Part shown: positions 33,259 to 34,684 of the stretch, piece after piece
How the letters are laid out: every line of letters starts with the position of its first letter
Position numbering within the stretch: position 1 is the first letter of the stretch
Assembly: GCF_006345805.1 (NCBI RefSeq)
Contig: NW_021829923.1
Coordinates: 1-34,684, forward strand
Source: Octopus sinensis
Lineage: Eukaryota
Direction of reading: 5' to 3'
Length of the DNA: 34,684 nt
Translations under genes and position numbers: made by a program
Notes under the pieces: model-generated
What the model was told of the DNA's origin: nothing
Databases searched by the model: none
What the model saw: the letters and a program-made list of their open reading frames with translations, nothing else

Positions 33259-33969
33259 AAGTGATTCCCAAAGTGGGTGATACAACCCCCTTGAGGACAG
33301 TGGAAAGATCCAGGGGGCGTTCAAGAAAAGTGGGGCGATAACGGGGCGACAAATGGGGCGATAATGGGGTGGCCAACAAGGGGCGATAATGTGGTGGCCA
33401 AAAGAGGACAATAATGGGGTAGCCAATAGGAGATGTAATGGGGTGGCAAATAGGGGGCGATAATGGGGTGGCCAAAAGGGAGGGGAATCGGGTAGCCAAA
33501 AGTAATGGTAATGGGGAGGCCAAAAGGGGACTGTAATGGAGTAGCAACGAGAGCGATAATTGGGTGGCGAAAAGAGGACAATAATGGGGTAGTCAAAAGG
33601 GGAAATAATGAGGTGGCCAAACAGGGGCGATGATAAGGTGGCCAAAATGGAAGGTAATGGAGTAGCCAAAAGCAGGCGATAATGGGGTGGCCAAAAGAAG
33701 ACAATAATGGGGTAGCCAATAGATGTAATGGGGTGGCAAATAGGGGGCGATAATGGGGTGGCCAAAAGGGAGGGGAATCGGGTAGCCAAAAGTAAGGGTA
33801 ATGGGGTGGCCAAAAGGGGGCGATAATGATGTGTTAAAAACAACAAAATAGTGGGTTAATTGGGATAAATTTTGAATCTGCTGTTTGTGGTGGTGAGTTG
33901 GGGCCGGATGCTAGGAATGTGGCCTGGATGCCAAAGGGGCGATAGCTGAAAAACGTTTGGAAACCACTG
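33259..33969 (+). mobile_element. hAT-superfamily MITE with 8-bp TSD
   Basis: TIRs aagtgattcccaaag / gtttggaaaccactg (CAGTGGTTCCCAAA type); TSD ctttatac (33251-58) / cttaatac (33970-77). Confidence 0.85.
33328..33830 (+). repeat. ~21-bp minisatellite (ggcgataatggggtggccaaaag) with ~290-bp higher-order duplication
   Basis: Unit visible; block 33397-33530 recurs at 33690-33820. Confidence 0.9.
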
Positions 33970-34287
33970 CTTAATACCAACACAAATCAATACTAGTTGC
34001 CTCAGTTTCAACTTGATGTTGGTTTTCTGATTTGCTATTCTGCTCTGTTGAGCATCTCACTTTCATTTTTGTCTCGATGAAACAAGTCCCATGTAACATG
34101 TCTCGATTTAGTGAGTGTTAATCAAGTTTTTTTTTGTTTTTGTTTTTGCTTTTAGAGAACGTCTGCTTAATCCATTATTACAATCCAATACGTACTTGCT
34201 GTCGTTGTAATTCCTATTAAGCAAATGAAACCTGTGTAATGGTAAATATATAATACCAATAAATTTCCCAGCTTCATATTCTGTTTG

Positions 34288-34343
<56 letters not shown>

Positions 34344-34684
34344 GTGTATGTGTGTCTACAGATAGTGTCAATGTTTCCCGTTATATATTCCTGTTGTTGT
34401 TGTTATGCTAATCTGACCGACTTATTCACGTTAGGACCACTTTTTTGTAACCCAGATGTTTGAAGGCAAAAATTCCTACGTAGCCCTTGAGGAAGGATGA
34501 GGGGTGGTGGAATTATAACAGCAAGCGTTAAAGATGCCCCCGGTGGAAATATAATAATGCATTCACGAGATTTTAAAATCTAGCAAAATGGAAATTGCTG
34601 AATGGGCGTTCAGCTCCGACGAATATCCAGGAATTTATCATTATTATTTTTATTATTATTATTACTATTATCATTATTATTATT

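Noticed and set aside
33032-33846. Long Pro/Leu-rich repetitive ORFs on the minus strand
   Set aside because: They are translations of the 21-bp minisatellite within the hAT MITE
34157-34245. Plus-strand exon candidate after a strong poly-T acceptor
   Set aside because: All frames are closed before the plausible donor

Overview
AT-rich, repeat-dominated eukaryotic (animal) DNA. No intact host protein-coding gene can be supported. The SINE families, microsatellite load and LINE types suggest a coleoid cephalopod, most likely Octopus (inference from recognition, not a database search). Almost all listed ORFs are microsatellite or low-complexity artefacts. The real content is: (i) many tRNA-derived SINEs of about five families; (ii) 3' ends of CR1-type (two copies) and RTE-type LINEs; (iii) a fold-back mariner derivative with two 5' ends, a hAT MITE with an internal minisatellite, and a SINE-interrupted Merlin/IS1016-like transposase relic; (iv) a full-length, structure-preserving 5S rRNA copy fused to a retroposon tail (SINE3-like candidate); (v) several Penelope-like terminal-repeat fragments lodged in (TA)n tracts. 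These fragments carry hammerhead-ribozyme cores: one complete type I motif with a palindromic helix III at 5052-5128, three minimal helix-III-less motifs, one with a damaged cleavage site, and a recurring permuted GAAA-N24-26-CUGANGA module in three dissimilar families. Several long inverted repeats and two weak minus-strand exon candidates are also present. The first ~6.5 kb shows homopolymer indels between duplicated copies, so some local rearrangements may be long-read or assembly artefacts. SINE coordinates are approximate (about +/-10 bp).
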